Of a DNA stretch of 64,000 bases, positions 35,820 through 46,149 are shown piece by piece. The DNA comes from Vicinamibacteraceae bacterium (GTDB taxonomy: Bacteria; Acidobacteriota; Vicinamibacteria; Marinacidobacterales; Marinacidobacteraceae): NCBI GenBank assembly GCA_012271265.1, contig JAAXGQ010000015.1, positions 6,153-70,152 of the forward strand, given 5' to 3'. The notes beneath the pieces are model-generated. The model ran no database searches. It worked only from the letters and a program-made list of their open reading frames with translations, and was not told the DNA's origin. The translations under genes and the position numbers were made by a program. Position 1 is the stretch's first letter, and the number at the start of each line of letters is the position of its first letter.

Positions 35820-37193
35820 GTGAGTCAAAGAACTTGGGGGCTTTCGTTCCCGATCCCGGGCGCGGCGGCGCTCGCGCTCGTCCTCGCCGCGGCCGGAGCG
35901 GCGGCGCAGAACCGGCTCGCCCTCGTCGGCGGGATGCTGCTCGACGGCTACGAAGTCCCACCGCTCCATCACGCGGCGGTGCTCATCGAGGGCGACCGCA
36001 TCGTCCGGGTGGGACGGGCGGCGGAAGTCGAGATCCCCGCCGACTACGAGGTGGTGGATACCAGCGGCCGGACGATGTTGCCGGGACTGATCGATCTCCA
36101 CGCCCATCTGGTGATCCTGGGACACGGGTCCTACGGCGAGTGGTTCCCGTGGATGGAGGAGCGCGGCCGGGAAGAGACGATCGACGAGGTGATGGCCATC
36201 TCGGCGAAGCAGTTGCTGATGGCCGGGGTGACCACCGCGATGGACCTCGGCGGACCGCTCCGCGGCAGCCTGAACGTCCGCGACCGGGTCAACGCGGGGG
36301 AGATTCCGGGGCCGAGGCTGTGGATGAGCGGGCCGTGGCTCGCGCGCCGGGTCGGAGTCTTTCCGGAGGATTACCAGATCGAGGTCACCAGCCCCGCGGG
36401 GGCGGCTGCGTCCGCGGACGAGCTCGCCCGCGCCGGCGTGGACGTGATCAAGGCCCACTCGGGGTTGATCCTCGAGGACTACCGGGCCATCGTCGAAGTA
36501 GCCCACCGGCATGGCCTCAAGGTCCATGCCCACGTCTACGCGCCGGAGGACGTCCGGAACGCGTTCGAGGGCGGCGTGGACGTCCTGACCCACGCCGGCT
36601 CGGCGGGGACTCCGCCCTACCCGCCGGAGCTACTCCGCGACATCGTCGTCCGCGGAGTCCCGGTGGTGATCACCGGAGCCCACCGGGTGTGGGTCTTTCC
36701 CGCGACCGTGGCGTTCCCCGAACGGCTCCAGGACCCGAGGCTGAACGCGGACTTTCCCCCGGACATGTACGCCGAGGTCCAGCGCTCCCTCGAGAACTTC
36801 CACACGCTGCGGTACTTCCGCACCACCCCGCGTCAGATGTTCTTCGGGGATGCCTCGCTCGGCCAGTTCATCGACGCCGGAGCGGTCATGGGGATGGGCA
36901 CCGACTCGGGGACGCCGATGAACTTCCACACCGAAGCGATGTGGAGGGAGATCAAGTCCCACGTGGATCTCGGGATGTCTCCCCAGCGAGCCATCTCCGC
37001 GAGCACCCGGATCAACGCGCGGATCCTCGGCGTCGCCTCGGACCTGGGCACCATCGAGGCCGGCAAGCTCGCCGACATCATCGTGGTCCGCGGGGATCCG
37101 CTCTTCAACATCATGGCGCTCGCCGATGTGGAGACCGTCGTCAAGGGCGGGAGAGTCTTCAAGGGTGGCTCGGCCTCGGCCGTGAGGCCCTGA
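35820..37193 (+). CDS. amidohydrolase-family metallo-hydrolase, secreted (paralog 1)
   Basis: Signal peptide; metal-binding LIDLHAHL (HxH), VHAHVYAPED, and the terminal D in GMGTDSG. 60-65% identical at protein level to 37649-38974. Confidence 0.8.
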   Translation: MSQRTWGLSFPIPGAAALALVLAAAGAAAQNRLALVGGMLLDGYEVPPLHHAAVLIEGDRIVRVGRAAEVEIPADYEVVDTSGRTMLPGLIDLHAHLVILGHGSYGEWFPWMEERGREETIDEVMAISAKQLLMAGVTTAMDLGGPLRGSLNVRDRVNAGEIPGPRLWMSGPWLARRVGVFPEDYQIEVTSPAGAAASADELARAGVDVIKAHSGLILEDYRAIVEVAHRHGLKVHAHVYAPEDVRNAFEGGVDVLTHAGSAGTPPYPPELLRDIVVRGVPVVITGAHRVWVFPATVAFPERLQDPRLNADFPPDMYAEVQRSLENFHTLRYFRTTPRQMFFGDASLGQFIDAGAVMGMGTDSGTPMNFHTEAMWREIKSHVDLGMSPQRAISASTRINARILGVASDLGTIEAGKLADIIVVRGDPLFNIMALADVETVVKGGRVFKGGSASAVRP

Positions 37194-37232
37194 GTCCCCA
37201 GGATCCGACGCAGAGCGCGGAGGCCACAACTC

Positions 37233-37571
37233 ATGACGCGACGCCTGGTGGTCCGCTGGGCCCTTTCCCTGCTGGCGCTCGCGCCTTTTGCGCGCGTCCG
37301 GCTCTTCGCCCAGGCCCGGAGTCTTGATGAGGGGGACCGCGCAACCCTCCGCGCCCTGGCGAGAGTGGCGCTGCCGAGTCCACTCGGCGACGACGGCGCA
37401 AGGCGTGTCCTGGGAGTGTTCGGCAGGCTCGCCGGTGACGGCGCCATCCTGGACACCCAATCGTTGACGTTCTCTGCGCTCACGCTGCGTTCGGCGGAAG
37501 AGACCGGGCATGATCTCGGTTGGACGCCGGCGGCGACGGAACTCCCCCTTCCCGGATCGGAGGCGCCGTGA
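37233..37571 (+). CDS. hypothetical small secreted protein
   Basis: 112-aa ORF with a signal-peptide-like N-terminus in the 450-bp gap between the amidohydrolase paralogs; no recognisable motifs, so coding status is uncertain. Confidence 0.3.
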   Translation: MTRRLVVRWALSLLALAPFARVRLFAQARSLDEGDRATLRALARVALPSPLGDDGARRVLGVFGRLAGDGAILDTQSLTFSALTLRSAEETGHDLGWTPAATELPLPGSEAP

Positions 37572-37648
37572 ACCCGGTGGGGGACGCCGCCCGGTCCGCC
37601 CGCCCGCCGAAAGCGGCAGTGGATTCCTGCACTCGGGAGGTAAGCCTC

Positions 37649-38974
37649 ATGGGGCTCCGTGGAACGAAATCCACGCTGGTGGTGCTCGGGCTGGCGCTCG
37701 CGGCGCCCGCGGGCGCGCAGCAGCGACTCGCCCTGGTGGGCGGGATGCTGCTCGACGGGTACGAGGTTCCCCCTGTGCACCACGCCGCGGTCGTGATCGA
37801 GGGCGCCCGGATCGTCGCCGTCGGCCGGGCCGCCGAGATCGAGATTCCGGACGACGCGGAAGTGATCGATACGAGCGGGCGGGTCATGCTGCCGGGCCTG
37901 ATCGACCTCCACGCCCACTTGGCCATCCTCGGACACGGCTCCTACGGCCGCTGGTTTCCCTGGCTCGAGGAGGAGGGCATCTCCATCGAAGAGGTCATGG
38001 AAATCTCGGCGAAGCAGCTTCTTCTCGCCGGCGTGACCACCGCCGTGGATCTGGCGGCCCCGCTCGAGGCCAGCATCTCGCTGCGGGACCGGATCGCGCG
38101 CGGAGAAATCCCCGGCGCCCGGATGCTGATGAGCGGTCCCTGGATCACCAGCGCGGTCCGGTTCTGGCCGCCGGAGTTTCAGATCGGTGTGTCGTCTCCC
38201 GAGGAAGCGTCCGAGGCGGTGGAGCGTCTCGCCGCTGCGGGCGTGGACGTGATCAAGGCGTGGGCCGGCCTCACCCGAGAGGACTACCAGGCAATCGCGG
38301 ACACCGCGCACGAACACGGCCTGCGGGTACACGCTCATGTCTACGGGCCGGAGGAGGTCAGGAACGCGCTCGAGACTGGTATCGACGTGCTGACCCACGC
38401 CGGATCGGCCGGCACGCCCCCCTATGAGCCGGAGCTGGTCCGCGACATCGTGGTCGCCGGCCGGCCGGTCGTGATCACCGGCGCCCACCGCGTCTGGGTG
38501 TTCCCGGCGACGGTGCAGTTCCCCGAGCGCCTCCAGGATCCGAGGCTCCGCCAGGACCTGCCGGCGGTGATGTACGAGGAGTTCCAGCGCAGCTTCGAGA
38601 ACTTCCACACCCTCGGCTACTTCCAGACCACGCCCCGGCAGATGTTCTTCGGCGACGCCTCCCTCGGCCAGTTCATCGACGCCGGGGCGGTCATGGGGAT
38701 GGGCACCGATTCGGGGACGCCGCTGAACTTCCACACCGAGGCGCTCTGGCGCGAGATCAAGGCCCATGTGGACCTCGGGATGGCGCCGCTGGACGCCATC
38801 GCCGCAGCGACCCGCATCAACGCCCGGATTCTGGGCATGGGCGACGAGCTGGGAACGATCGAGGTCGGCAAGCTCGCGGACATCATCGTGATCGACGGCG
38901 ATCCTCGGTTCGACATCATGGCCCTCGACGACCCCGTGCTGGTCGTCAAGGATGGCCGCCCGTACCGGCGCTGA
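37649..38974 (+). CDS. amidohydrolase-family metallo-hydrolase, secreted (paralog 2)
   Basis: Signal peptide MGLRGTKSTLVVLGLALAAPAGAQ; the same HxH / HAHVYGPEE / GMGTDSG motifs as paralog 1. Confidence 0.8.
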   Translation: MGLRGTKSTLVVLGLALAAPAGAQQRLALVGGMLLDGYEVPPVHHAAVVIEGARIVAVGRAAEIEIPDDAEVIDTSGRVMLPGLIDLHAHLAILGHGSYGRWFPWLEEEGISIEEVMEISAKQLLLAGVTTAVDLAAPLEASISLRDRIARGEIPGARMLMSGPWITSAVRFWPPEFQIGVSSPEEASEAVERLAAAGVDVIKAWAGLTREDYQAIADTAHEHGLRVHAHVYGPEEVRNALETGIDVLTHAGSAGTPPYEPELVRDIVVAGRPVVITGAHRVWVFPATVQFPERLQDPRLRQDLPAVMYEEFQRSFENFHTLGYFQTTPRQMFFGDASLGQFIDAGAVMGMGTDSGTPLNFHTEALWREIKAHVDLGMAPLDAIAAATRINARILGMGDELGTIEVGKLADIIVIDGDPRFDIMALDDPVLVVKDGRPYRR

Positions 38975-38994
38975 CCGGCGAGGGAGCAAGAACG

Positions 38995-39070
38995 ATGAGG
39001 CTCGTGAGAACCGCGTTCGGCGTTGCGGCGGCGACGCTGCCGTTGCCCGTTTCCGCCACGCACGGGTTCA
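38995..39070 (+). pseudogene. 5' remnant of a PQQ-dehydrogenase gene, truncated by the repeat array
   Basis: ATGaggctcgtgagaaccgcgttcggcgttgcggcggcgacgctg encodes MRLVRTAFGVAAATL. This equals the first 15 codons of the intact PQQ-DH at 46340 (MKLVRTAFGVAVATL), then the sequence runs into the repeat array. Confidence 0.7.
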
Positions 39071-39144
39071 GCGGATTGCTGCGGAGCGAGTGAGGTGGCG
39101 CCGGTTTTCTGGACAGGTCGTCAAGGTGGATTCCACGAACTGGT

Positions 39145-40262
39145 GGAGCGCCGGCTCCATGGAGCGCCGGCGTCCTCGCCGGCCTGCGCCTTGCCTGCGA
39201 CGATCCACAGTCCGGGCGGACGGACGCTCCATGGAGCGCCGGCGTCCTCGCCGGCCTGCGCGCAACTTCCGTCCCCGCGGCAGTCTCGCGTCCACAGCGC
39301 CGCCGTGCCGACTCATCCGTGGGCCGGTGAGGACACCGGCGCTCCAGGCGGGCCGGTGAGGACGCCGGCGCTCCAGAACTGACCCCCCTGACGTATCCAC
39401 CCCCTGAACTATCCGCCCCCTGAACTATCGAGCGCCGGCTCCATGGAGCGCCGGCGTCCTCGCCGGCCTGCGCGCAAACTCCGTCCCCGCGGCAGTCTCG
39501 CGCCTGTAGCGCCGCCGTGCCGACTCATCCGTGGGCCGGTGAGGACACCGGCGCTCCAGGACGGAGAGGACGCCGGCGCTCCAGAACTGACCCCCCTGAC
39601 GTATCCACCCCCTGACCTATCCGCCCCCTGAACTGTCGAGCGCCGGCTCCATGGAGCGCCGGCGTCCTCGCCGGCCTGCGCGCAACTTCCGTCCCTGCGG
39701 CAGTCTCGCACCTGCAGCGCCGCCGTGCCGACTCATCCGTGGGCCGGTGAGGACACCGGCGCTCCAGGCGGGCCAGTGAGGACGCCGGCGCTCCAGAACT
39801 GACCCCCCTGACGTATCCACCCCCTGAACTATCCGCCCCCTGAACTATCGAGCGCCGGCTCCATGGAGCGCCGGCGTCCTCGCCGGCCTGCGCGCAACTT
39901 CCGTCCCTGCGGCAGTCTCGCGCCTGTAGCGCCGCCGTGCCGACTCATCCGTGGGCCGGTGAGGACACCGGCGCTCCAGGCGGGCCGGTGAGGACGCCGG
40001 CGCTCCAGAACTGACCCCCCTGACCTATCCGCCCCCTGAACTAGCGTGCGCCGGCTCCATGGAGCGCCGGCGTCCTCGCCGGCCTGCGCGCAACTTCCGT
40101 CCCTGCGGCAGTCTCGCGCCTGCAGCGCCGCCGTGCCGACGGACCCGTGGGCCGAGAGGCCCACGGACCATTGCCCGCCTGCGGCGGGGGCCGGTGAGGA
40201 CACCGGCGCTCCAGGCGGGCCGGTGAGGATGCCGGCGCTCCAGAACTGACCCCCCTGACGTA
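39145..40262. repeat. five tandem about 210-bp units of a MITE-like element with 24-bp terminal inverted repeats
   Basis: Period about 210 bp, with unit starts near 39145, 39427, 39636, 39847 and 40044. Each unit is bounded by GGAGCGCCGGCGTCCTCGCCGGCC and GGCCGGTGAGGACGCCGGCGCTCC, which are imperfect reverse complements of each other. The interior carries C-rich short repeats (cccccctga). Units are more than 90% identical and there are no unique spacers. Confidence 0.9.
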
Positions 40263-40301
40263 TCGGCGCCCGCGCCGTCATCCCATCGGCGCCCTCTGCC
40301 G

Positions 40302-42395
40302 TCATCTGATCGGCGTCCGTTCCCGGGAGCCGCTTCCGAGCTGTCTCAGACGCTCCCGAACATCGTCCTGATCCGGCAGGAGTTCGAGGGAACGCTCCAG
40401 GTACCCGATCGCCCTCCGGACGTTCCCCAGCTCGGCCTCACAGGAAGCGAGCAGGTTGAGGACCTGCGGTTCGGCGCCGCGGAGGCGGACCGCCTGCTCG
40501 AGAAACCGAACCGCCCGGGCGGCCTGCCCCACTCGCTGGTAGGCCTCGCCGAGGACCACGACGGCATCGTAGCTCTCCGAGTTGTCCCGATACGCCGGCT
40601 CGAGAAGGGCGATGGCGGCGGAGGCATCGCCGCCCTCGAGGTGGAGGCGGGCGAGCGGCGCCCGGGCCGCCGCGAGGTCGGGCCGCCGCTCCAGCGCCCG
40701 CCCGAAGAGCTCCATCGCCCGCCGCCGATCGCCCTTCCCCTCGTACTGACTGCCGAGGACGGCGAGCACGGAGGCCGGGTCCGCGAAATCGGTCGCGCCG
40801 TACATCGCCCACGGACGGGCCACGGCCCCGCGCGGACTCACGTCGAAGTCGGAGACCTGGCTCGAGGCGGCCTCGCCCGACGCATTGACGAGCTCGATCC
40901 GAAGCCGGTAACGACCACCCACGGATACCGGCAGCTCCGTCATCTCCAGGACCGGACGGGTCCGGTACTTCGCAAGCGGGATCGTTTCGGACGCGAGCGG
41001 CGCCGCGTCGTCGCCGGCGGAAAGGACCCGGAAGCGGAGTTCGCCACCCTCGGAGGCGCCGCGGACGGGAACGTGGACGCGCAGCGGCTCTCCGATGGCG
41101 TAAACCCGCTTCGCATTGGGATGCAGGACGAGGCCGGAAACGACGTAGCTGCGATTCCCGCGCCTCGGCGCCGGCCCGGCCGGTTCTTCGGCGTTGTAGA
41201 GCAGCACCGGCTCCCCCAGAAACGGCTCGCCGTCCGGCAATTCGGGGACCCGCAAGCCGCCGTCGAACGACGTGTAGTCGCTGCGGGCCCGATTCTTGAA
41301 CACGATGCGCAACCGGTAGTCGCCCGGGACCAGCGGAAACAGGCTCCGGTAGGCGAAGGGGAGGCGCCCGACCCGCCGGAGCTCCGAGGGTCCGAGCTGC
41401 AGATACTCGATTCTGGACAGGGTATGAACGACCTCCCCGCCCGGCGAACTGACCTCGGCGTACACCTCGAAAGCCGTGTAGAAGCGGTTCTCCTCCTGCA
41501 TCAGGGTGAGATGCTGCGGGTCGATCTCGATGCTGAAATGAACCAGGCTTCCTCCCGCGGGGCCGGGGAGAACGTGCGCCGACACCGAACTCGGCATGAA
41601 GTTGAACAGGTACTCCGCCTCCACCATGCCGCGCGCACTCCTGGCGGCGTCTATGTAGCTCGTGTCCATGCGGCGCCAGGGCGACTCGTGGATGGTCGCG
41701 AGCACCTGGCCCGAGTCCAGGGCCCCGGCCTCGACCCCGGTCGAGAGCGAATACCCGCCCTGATCGGCCCGCATGGACATCGCGGCGTTGGCCAGCTCCG
41801 GAGAAATCTCCTGCAGGCGGACATAGGCCTCGGAGACGTCGTCGGCCAGAACGCCCATCCCCGGGATCAGGCTTTGCGGCCGATCGATGAAGTGGTTGTA
41901 GAGGCGCAACGCCCCGACGCCTCCGGGCTGAAAGAAGAGCAGGTAGAGAGGCGGCAGTCCGACGCGCGGATCGCCGTCATAGAACCACACCTCGGCGGGA
42001 TAGATGCCGCCGACGTTCCGGAAACCGGACCGGTCGCGGGGCTCCCCCAGCGTGATGTACATGCGTCCCCGATCGGTCTTCCAGCCGGGTATCGCCGCCT
42101 CGCCGCCGAGCCGGTGATTCGCATAGGCGATCCGGCGGTCATGCTCTTCGCGGAACTCGTTGATTTCGGTGAGGGGATCCGGGTCGCGGCGCCGCCAGAA
42201 GGCGGCGACGAAAGCGTCGCGTTCTTCCATGGTCCCGAGCTCGAGGAAGAAGTCCTTTTCGCGCTCGCTGATGATGTAGACGACTTCTTCAACAAGCCAT
42301 TTCCGGAATCTTTCCGGCAGCCGCTCGATGCGTTCGTCGGCAGCGGCCGCACCGGGCCCGAGGACGAGCGCGGCAAGGGAAAGGAAGCGAAGCAT
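40302..42395 (-). CDS. GWxTD-domain protein with C-terminal TPR repeats, secreted
   Basis: Signal peptide; IPGWKTDRGRMYITLGEP is the GWxTD signature (TIGR04514-like); C-terminal TPR region. Paralog of 48273-50369. Confidence 0.8.
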   Translation of the reverse strand: MLRFLSLAALVLGPGAAAADERIERLPERFRKWLVEEVVYIISEREKDFFLELGTMEERDAFVAAFWRRRDPDPLTEINEFREEHDRRIAYANHRLGGEAAIPGWKTDRGRMYITLGEPRDRSGFRNVGGIYPAEVWFYDGDPRVGLPPLYLLFFQPGGVGALRLYNHFIDRPQSLIPGMGVLADDVSEAYVRLQEISPELANAAMSMRADQGGYSLSTGVEAGALDSGQVLATIHESPWRRMDTSYIDAARSARGMVEAEYLFNFMPSSVSAHVLPGPAGGSLVHFSIEIDPQHLTLMQEENRFYTAFEVYAEVSSPGGEVVHTLSRIEYLQLGPSELRRVGRLPFAYRSLFPLVPGDYRLRIVFKNRARSDYTSFDGGLRVPELPDGEPFLGEPVLLYNAEEPAGPAPRRGNRSYVVSGLVLHPNAKRVYAIGEPLRVHVPVRGASEGGELRFRVLSAGDDAAPLASETIPLAKYRTRPVLEMTELPVSVGGRYRLRIELVNASGEAASSQVSDFDVSPRGAVARPWAMYGATDFADPASVLAVLGSQYEGKGDRRRAMELFGRALERRPDLAAARAPLARLHLEGGDASAAIALLEPAYRDNSESYDAVVVLGEAYQRVGQAARAVRFLEQAVRLRGAEPQVLNLLASCEAELGNVRRAIGYLERSLELLPDQDDVRERLRQLGSGSRERTPIR

Positions 42396-42827
42396 GGAAG
42401 TTCCGGGACTTATCTGACCACCGCCCCCCTCGGGAAGTCAACTCCCACGGCCCCGAAACTCACGCGCGCGGGCGGAACCGTTCCGTCGGGTTGGATCGCG
42501 GATACGGGGATTTGGATCAGGGGCCGCCCGCTTGCCGAAACGGAGCCCGTCGTACGGTATATCCTGTGATTTTTGAATGAGATACGGTGCATCGCGGGCA
42601 GACCGTCCGGGGCACCGGATTTGCATAGTGCAATGCACGCTGCAGTCGGGTTCGTTCCTTTGCGGGCCTTTGCGGGCCCGCGCAGCGGACCGCCTCTCGG
42701 ACCTACTCAGGAGGTGCCTATCGAGACCATGGCGCCGAGTCGTTGACGGGAGGGACGGCCCGGCCGCCGGCCCCTCCCCGGACGCCTCGCCCATTCAGCA
42801 ACACAACAGGAAGGGAGGACTGGCCCC

Positions 42828-45797
42828 ATGCCGAGTTTCATTCTTCGGACCCTCGCTGCGAGCACGATCCTGCTCGTCGCGGCCGCCCCGGCCCTGGCCC
42901 AGGGACAGGGGACGCTGACCGGGAGAATCACCGATCCCGAAGGATTGGCCCTCCCCGGGGTCGTCGTAACCGCCGAGAGCGATTCCATGCTGGGAACGCG
43001 CTCGGCGGTTTCCGACGGGGAAGGCGGCTACCGCCTAACCTCCCTCCCGCCCGGCATGTACACGCTGCTGGCGGAACTCTCGGGTTTCGCCCCGCTCCGG
43101 CGCGAAAACATCCAGGTCCGCACCGGCTCGAACTTCCGGGTCGACCTGCAGATGGCTCTCGGAAACGTCGAAGAGACCGTCACGGTCACGGCGGAGAGCC
43201 CCATGATCGAGATGAAGAAGCCGGGCCAGGTGATCACGATCGACGGAGACTTCCAGCGTGACGTCCCCGTCCAGGCGAGAAAGAACTGGACCGACTTCGT
43301 CGAACTCACTCCCGGGGTGAACGCCCGCAACTGGGACGACGGGAGCGGCCGGATGACGTTCTTCGGACATGGAACCGAGCACTTCCACCACGTGATGCAG
43401 CTCGAGGGACAGATCGCGAGCGCCTACGACGACAGTCAGTTGCCCTACATCCAGTTGACCACCGAAGCGATCGCCGACGCCGAGATCAAGACGGTGGGAG
43501 CGTCCGCCGCCGACCCGATGGGCAACGGCCTCATCATCAACATCATCACGAAGAGCGGCGGCAACGAGTTCGACGGCTCGGTCGGGATCGGCTACCAGCC
43601 CATCGACTGGAACAGCGACAACACCGGGGGCAAGGTCAGCTACAGCGACGACGTCGAGCGTTTCTTCAACCAGGACGAGCTTCCCTCGGCGGCGGGAACC
43701 CCGACGCTCCAGGAGGTGCAGCAGTTCGATTACGCCGTCGGCGGGCCCCTCGCCCGGGACAGGGCATGGTTCTTCCATACCGGCCGGCTGGCGCGGAACT
43801 CCGCCGAGATCAGCCGTACCGGGCGCGAGGTGGAGATTCTCGAATCGTTCGCGCCGGGGGTGGACCTCTTCCCGAACGTGTTCGAAGGTTTCTGGCCTTA
43901 CACGAAGGTCACGGCGCAGCTCGGGGCAAACCACAATTTCTCCGGCTATCACCAGTTCGACGTCGCCCACCTTTCGAGCGCCCGCGAGTACCACACCGTC
44001 AATTACAACTTCAACAAGACCGGCGGCCACCTGCTCGGCGGCAAGGTGACCTCGGTCTGGGGCCCGACGCTGACCTCCGACATCACCGTATCCATCAACG
44101 ACAAGCGCTCCGAGACCTCCATTGACACGATCAACGATCTGGGACTTTCGGGACCGCAGATGACGATCCACGAGGAAGCGCTCCCCTCGGCTGGAGTGCT
44201 CGTGGGCAGCGGCCGGATCCTGGAGATCGGAAACCGGACGACCTACGGCGAGGATCCCTCCTCCATGCTGGTCATCCGGACGGATTTCACGCTCTACCGG
44301 GGCAGTCACGAAATCCAGACCGGAATCTTCGCGGCGCCCCGCAACCGCCGGACGAGTTACACGCAGTACCTGAACGGGGGCCACAATCAGGAAAACCACT
44401 ACCTGGTGGACCCGAACGATCCCGGCGGCGGACACCTGCCCTTCCACCGGCGCATCTATGACACCACGGAAATCAAGAGCCGGGAGGCGCGGGACCGGAA
44501 CATCGCCTTCTACCTCCAGGACGCCTGGAGCATCACCGACCGCCTGAACATCACTGCCGGCCTCCGCGTGGACTTCGTGAACCGTTATGACGCGATCAAC
44601 GGAATCACCCGGATGAACAGCACCGAGCTGGGGCCGCGGGTGGGCTTCTCCTGGTCCGTGACCGAGGACGCCCGGAACGTGGTGCGCGCCAGTTTCTCCC
44701 GGGTGCACGAGCAGGTGAACGGCCGCGATGCGGTGACGAGCTTCGGCTCCTCGGCCCGCGTCGGGTGGCGTGACGAGTACGACGTGGACTTCGACGGTGT
44801 CTTCGAGACCGTGGTGGCGACGCCGCCGCGGGCCGGAGAAATCGCGAACTACGAGTTCGACCCGACCCTGCGCCAGCCGCGCACCGACGAGTTCGTGGCC
44901 GGCTACCGCCGTCAGTTCGAGGGCGAGCTGGCGCTCGATGTGGCCTACATCTACCGGAACATCAGCGACGGCTACGCCACCGTCGACGTCAACGGCATCT
45001 ATCCCAGCGGACCCTACATGCCCTTCGGGGGATACGGGCTCATTGATCCCAACCGGGGTCAGCTCAACCAGTTGACGAACAACACCTGGATGGACCTCGT
45101 CTATCACGCCCTGGAGGTCGTGGTCGCGAAGCGGATGTCCAACAACTGGCAGTTCATGGGGAGCTTCAGCCGGCAGTTTCACCATCAGGCCGGCACCTGG
45201 AACCCGACGGATCGCGCCGGATTCATTCAGCCGGACGCCTTCGAGAACACGAAGTGCATCTGGATGCCGCGCGGCCTGCGCGACGACAACAGCTACCAGC
45301 TCGGCTCGAACTCCACCTATTGCCCCACCTGGCGGGATTACTCGCTCCGCCTGGGCGCCACCTACCAGGCGCCCTTTGACGTCCTGCTGACGGGTTCCTA
45401 CACCCACCAGGCGGGTCCCTGGTCGGGCGCTATCTTCACCCGGATCGACGAGCCCGACCCGACGTTCGGGCCCGCGAGGGTGACGCTCGCGAACGGCAGC
45501 ACCCAGCCGAACCCGCTGGCGGACCGGACCCGCTTCATGTTCGACACGAGGGACATCGGCCAGGTCAAGCTCGGAGACACCAGGCGTTTCTCGGTCAAGG
45601 TGGCGAAGATCTTCGACATCATGGGACCGAATCAGAACATCGAGCTCTCGCTCCAGGTCTTCAACCTCCTGAACCTGGGAGACTTCCAGCAGTACACCTA
45701 CAACGGGGCGAACGCGGTGTTCAATCCGAACTTCCTGCAGCCCCGGAACCGGCAGTCCGGACGCGGTCTCCAGTTCAACGCCATGTTCCGCTTCTAG
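42828..45797 (+). CDS. TonB-dependent receptor with carboxypeptidase-regulatory-like N-terminal domain (paralog 2)
   Basis: Signal peptide and GTLTGRITDPEGLALPGVVVTAES...YRLTSLPPGMYTL (CarbopepD_reg-like); the beta-barrel ends in FRF. Confidence 0.85.
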   Translation: MPSFILRTLAASTILLVAAAPALAQGQGTLTGRITDPEGLALPGVVVTAESDSMLGTRSAVSDGEGGYRLTSLPPGMYTLLAELSGFAPLRRENIQVRTGSNFRVDLQMALGNVEETVTVTAESPMIEMKKPGQVITIDGDFQRDVPVQARKNWTDFVELTPGVNARNWDDGSGRMTFFGHGTEHFHHVMQLEGQIASAYDDSQLPYIQLTTEAIADAEIKTVGASAADPMGNGLIINIITKSGGNEFDGSVGIGYQPIDWNSDNTGGKVSYSDDVERFFNQDELPSAAGTPTLQEVQQFDYAVGGPLARDRAWFFHTGRLARNSAEISRTGREVEILESFAPGVDLFPNVFEGFWPYTKVTAQLGANHNFSGYHQFDVAHLSSAREYHTVNYNFNKTGGHLLGGKVTSVWGPTLTSDITVSINDKRSETSIDTINDLGLSGPQMTIHEEALPSAGVLVGSGRILEIGNRTTYGEDPSSMLVIRTDFTLYRGSHEIQTGIFAAPRNRRTSYTQYLNGGHNQENHYLVDPNDPGGGHLPFHRRIYDTTEIKSREARDRNIAFYLQDAWSITDRLNITAGLRVDFVNRYDAINGITRMNSTELGPRVGFSWSVTEDARNVVRASFSRVHEQVNGRDAVTSFGSSARVGWRDEYDVDFDGVFETVVATPPRAGEIANYEFDPTLRQPRTDEFVAGYRRQFEGELALDVAYIYRNISDGYATVDVNGIYPSGPYMPFGGYGLIDPNRGQLNQLTNNTWMDLVYHALEVVVAKRMSNNWQFMGSFSRQFHHQAGTWNPTDRAGFIQPDAFENTKCIWMPRGLRDDNSYQLGSNSTYCPTWRDYSLRLGATYQAPFDVLLTGSYTHQAGPWSGAIFTRIDEPDPTFGPARVTLANGSTQPNPLADRTRFMFDTRDIGQVKLGDTRRFSVKVAKIFDIMGPNQNIELSLQVFNLLNLGDFQQYTYNGANAVFNPNFLQPRNRQSGRGLQFNAMFRF

Positions 45798-45831
45798 ATC
45801 GCCAGGTCGCGAACGATCCCGTGTGAACGCG

Positions 45832-45876
45832 AAGGCCCGTGCGCCGTCAGCCGGCGGCGCGCGGGTCCCTTTTTTG
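45832..45876 (+). terminator. rho-independent terminator after the TonB-dependent receptor
   Basis: GC-rich imperfect hairpin gcccgtgcgccgtcagccggcggcgcgcgggtccc followed by TTTTTT, 35 nt after the stop codon. Confidence 0.6.
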
Positions 45877-46149
45877 AGGCGAATTCCATGCCTGGTGGCG
45901 CAACAGGTCCGGATCGCCTGCGGCGTCCGCGTTTCCGCGAACTGACAGGATGTGTTCGGCGATGGCCGCAGGATGGAAAGCACGTCGTACTGGGTGCTTC
46001 TGCTCGTGCTGCCGGCTGTGTTGGAACTGAATCCCGAACTCATCGTGGAAAGAAGATGCAGGGCGCGTATCGTGGGACTCACCATCAGCATCACGTTTCC
46101 CTGATTGCCAGCGTGCTGTGGTGGGTGCGGGCGGGATAGCGGCTCGGAC

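Noticed and set aside
39145-40262. Possible CRISPR array (regular repeats in an intergenic region)
   Set aside because: The units are about 210 bp and near-identical along their whole length, with no unique spacers between repeats. The repeats carry terminal inverted repeats of their own. No cas genes are nearby.
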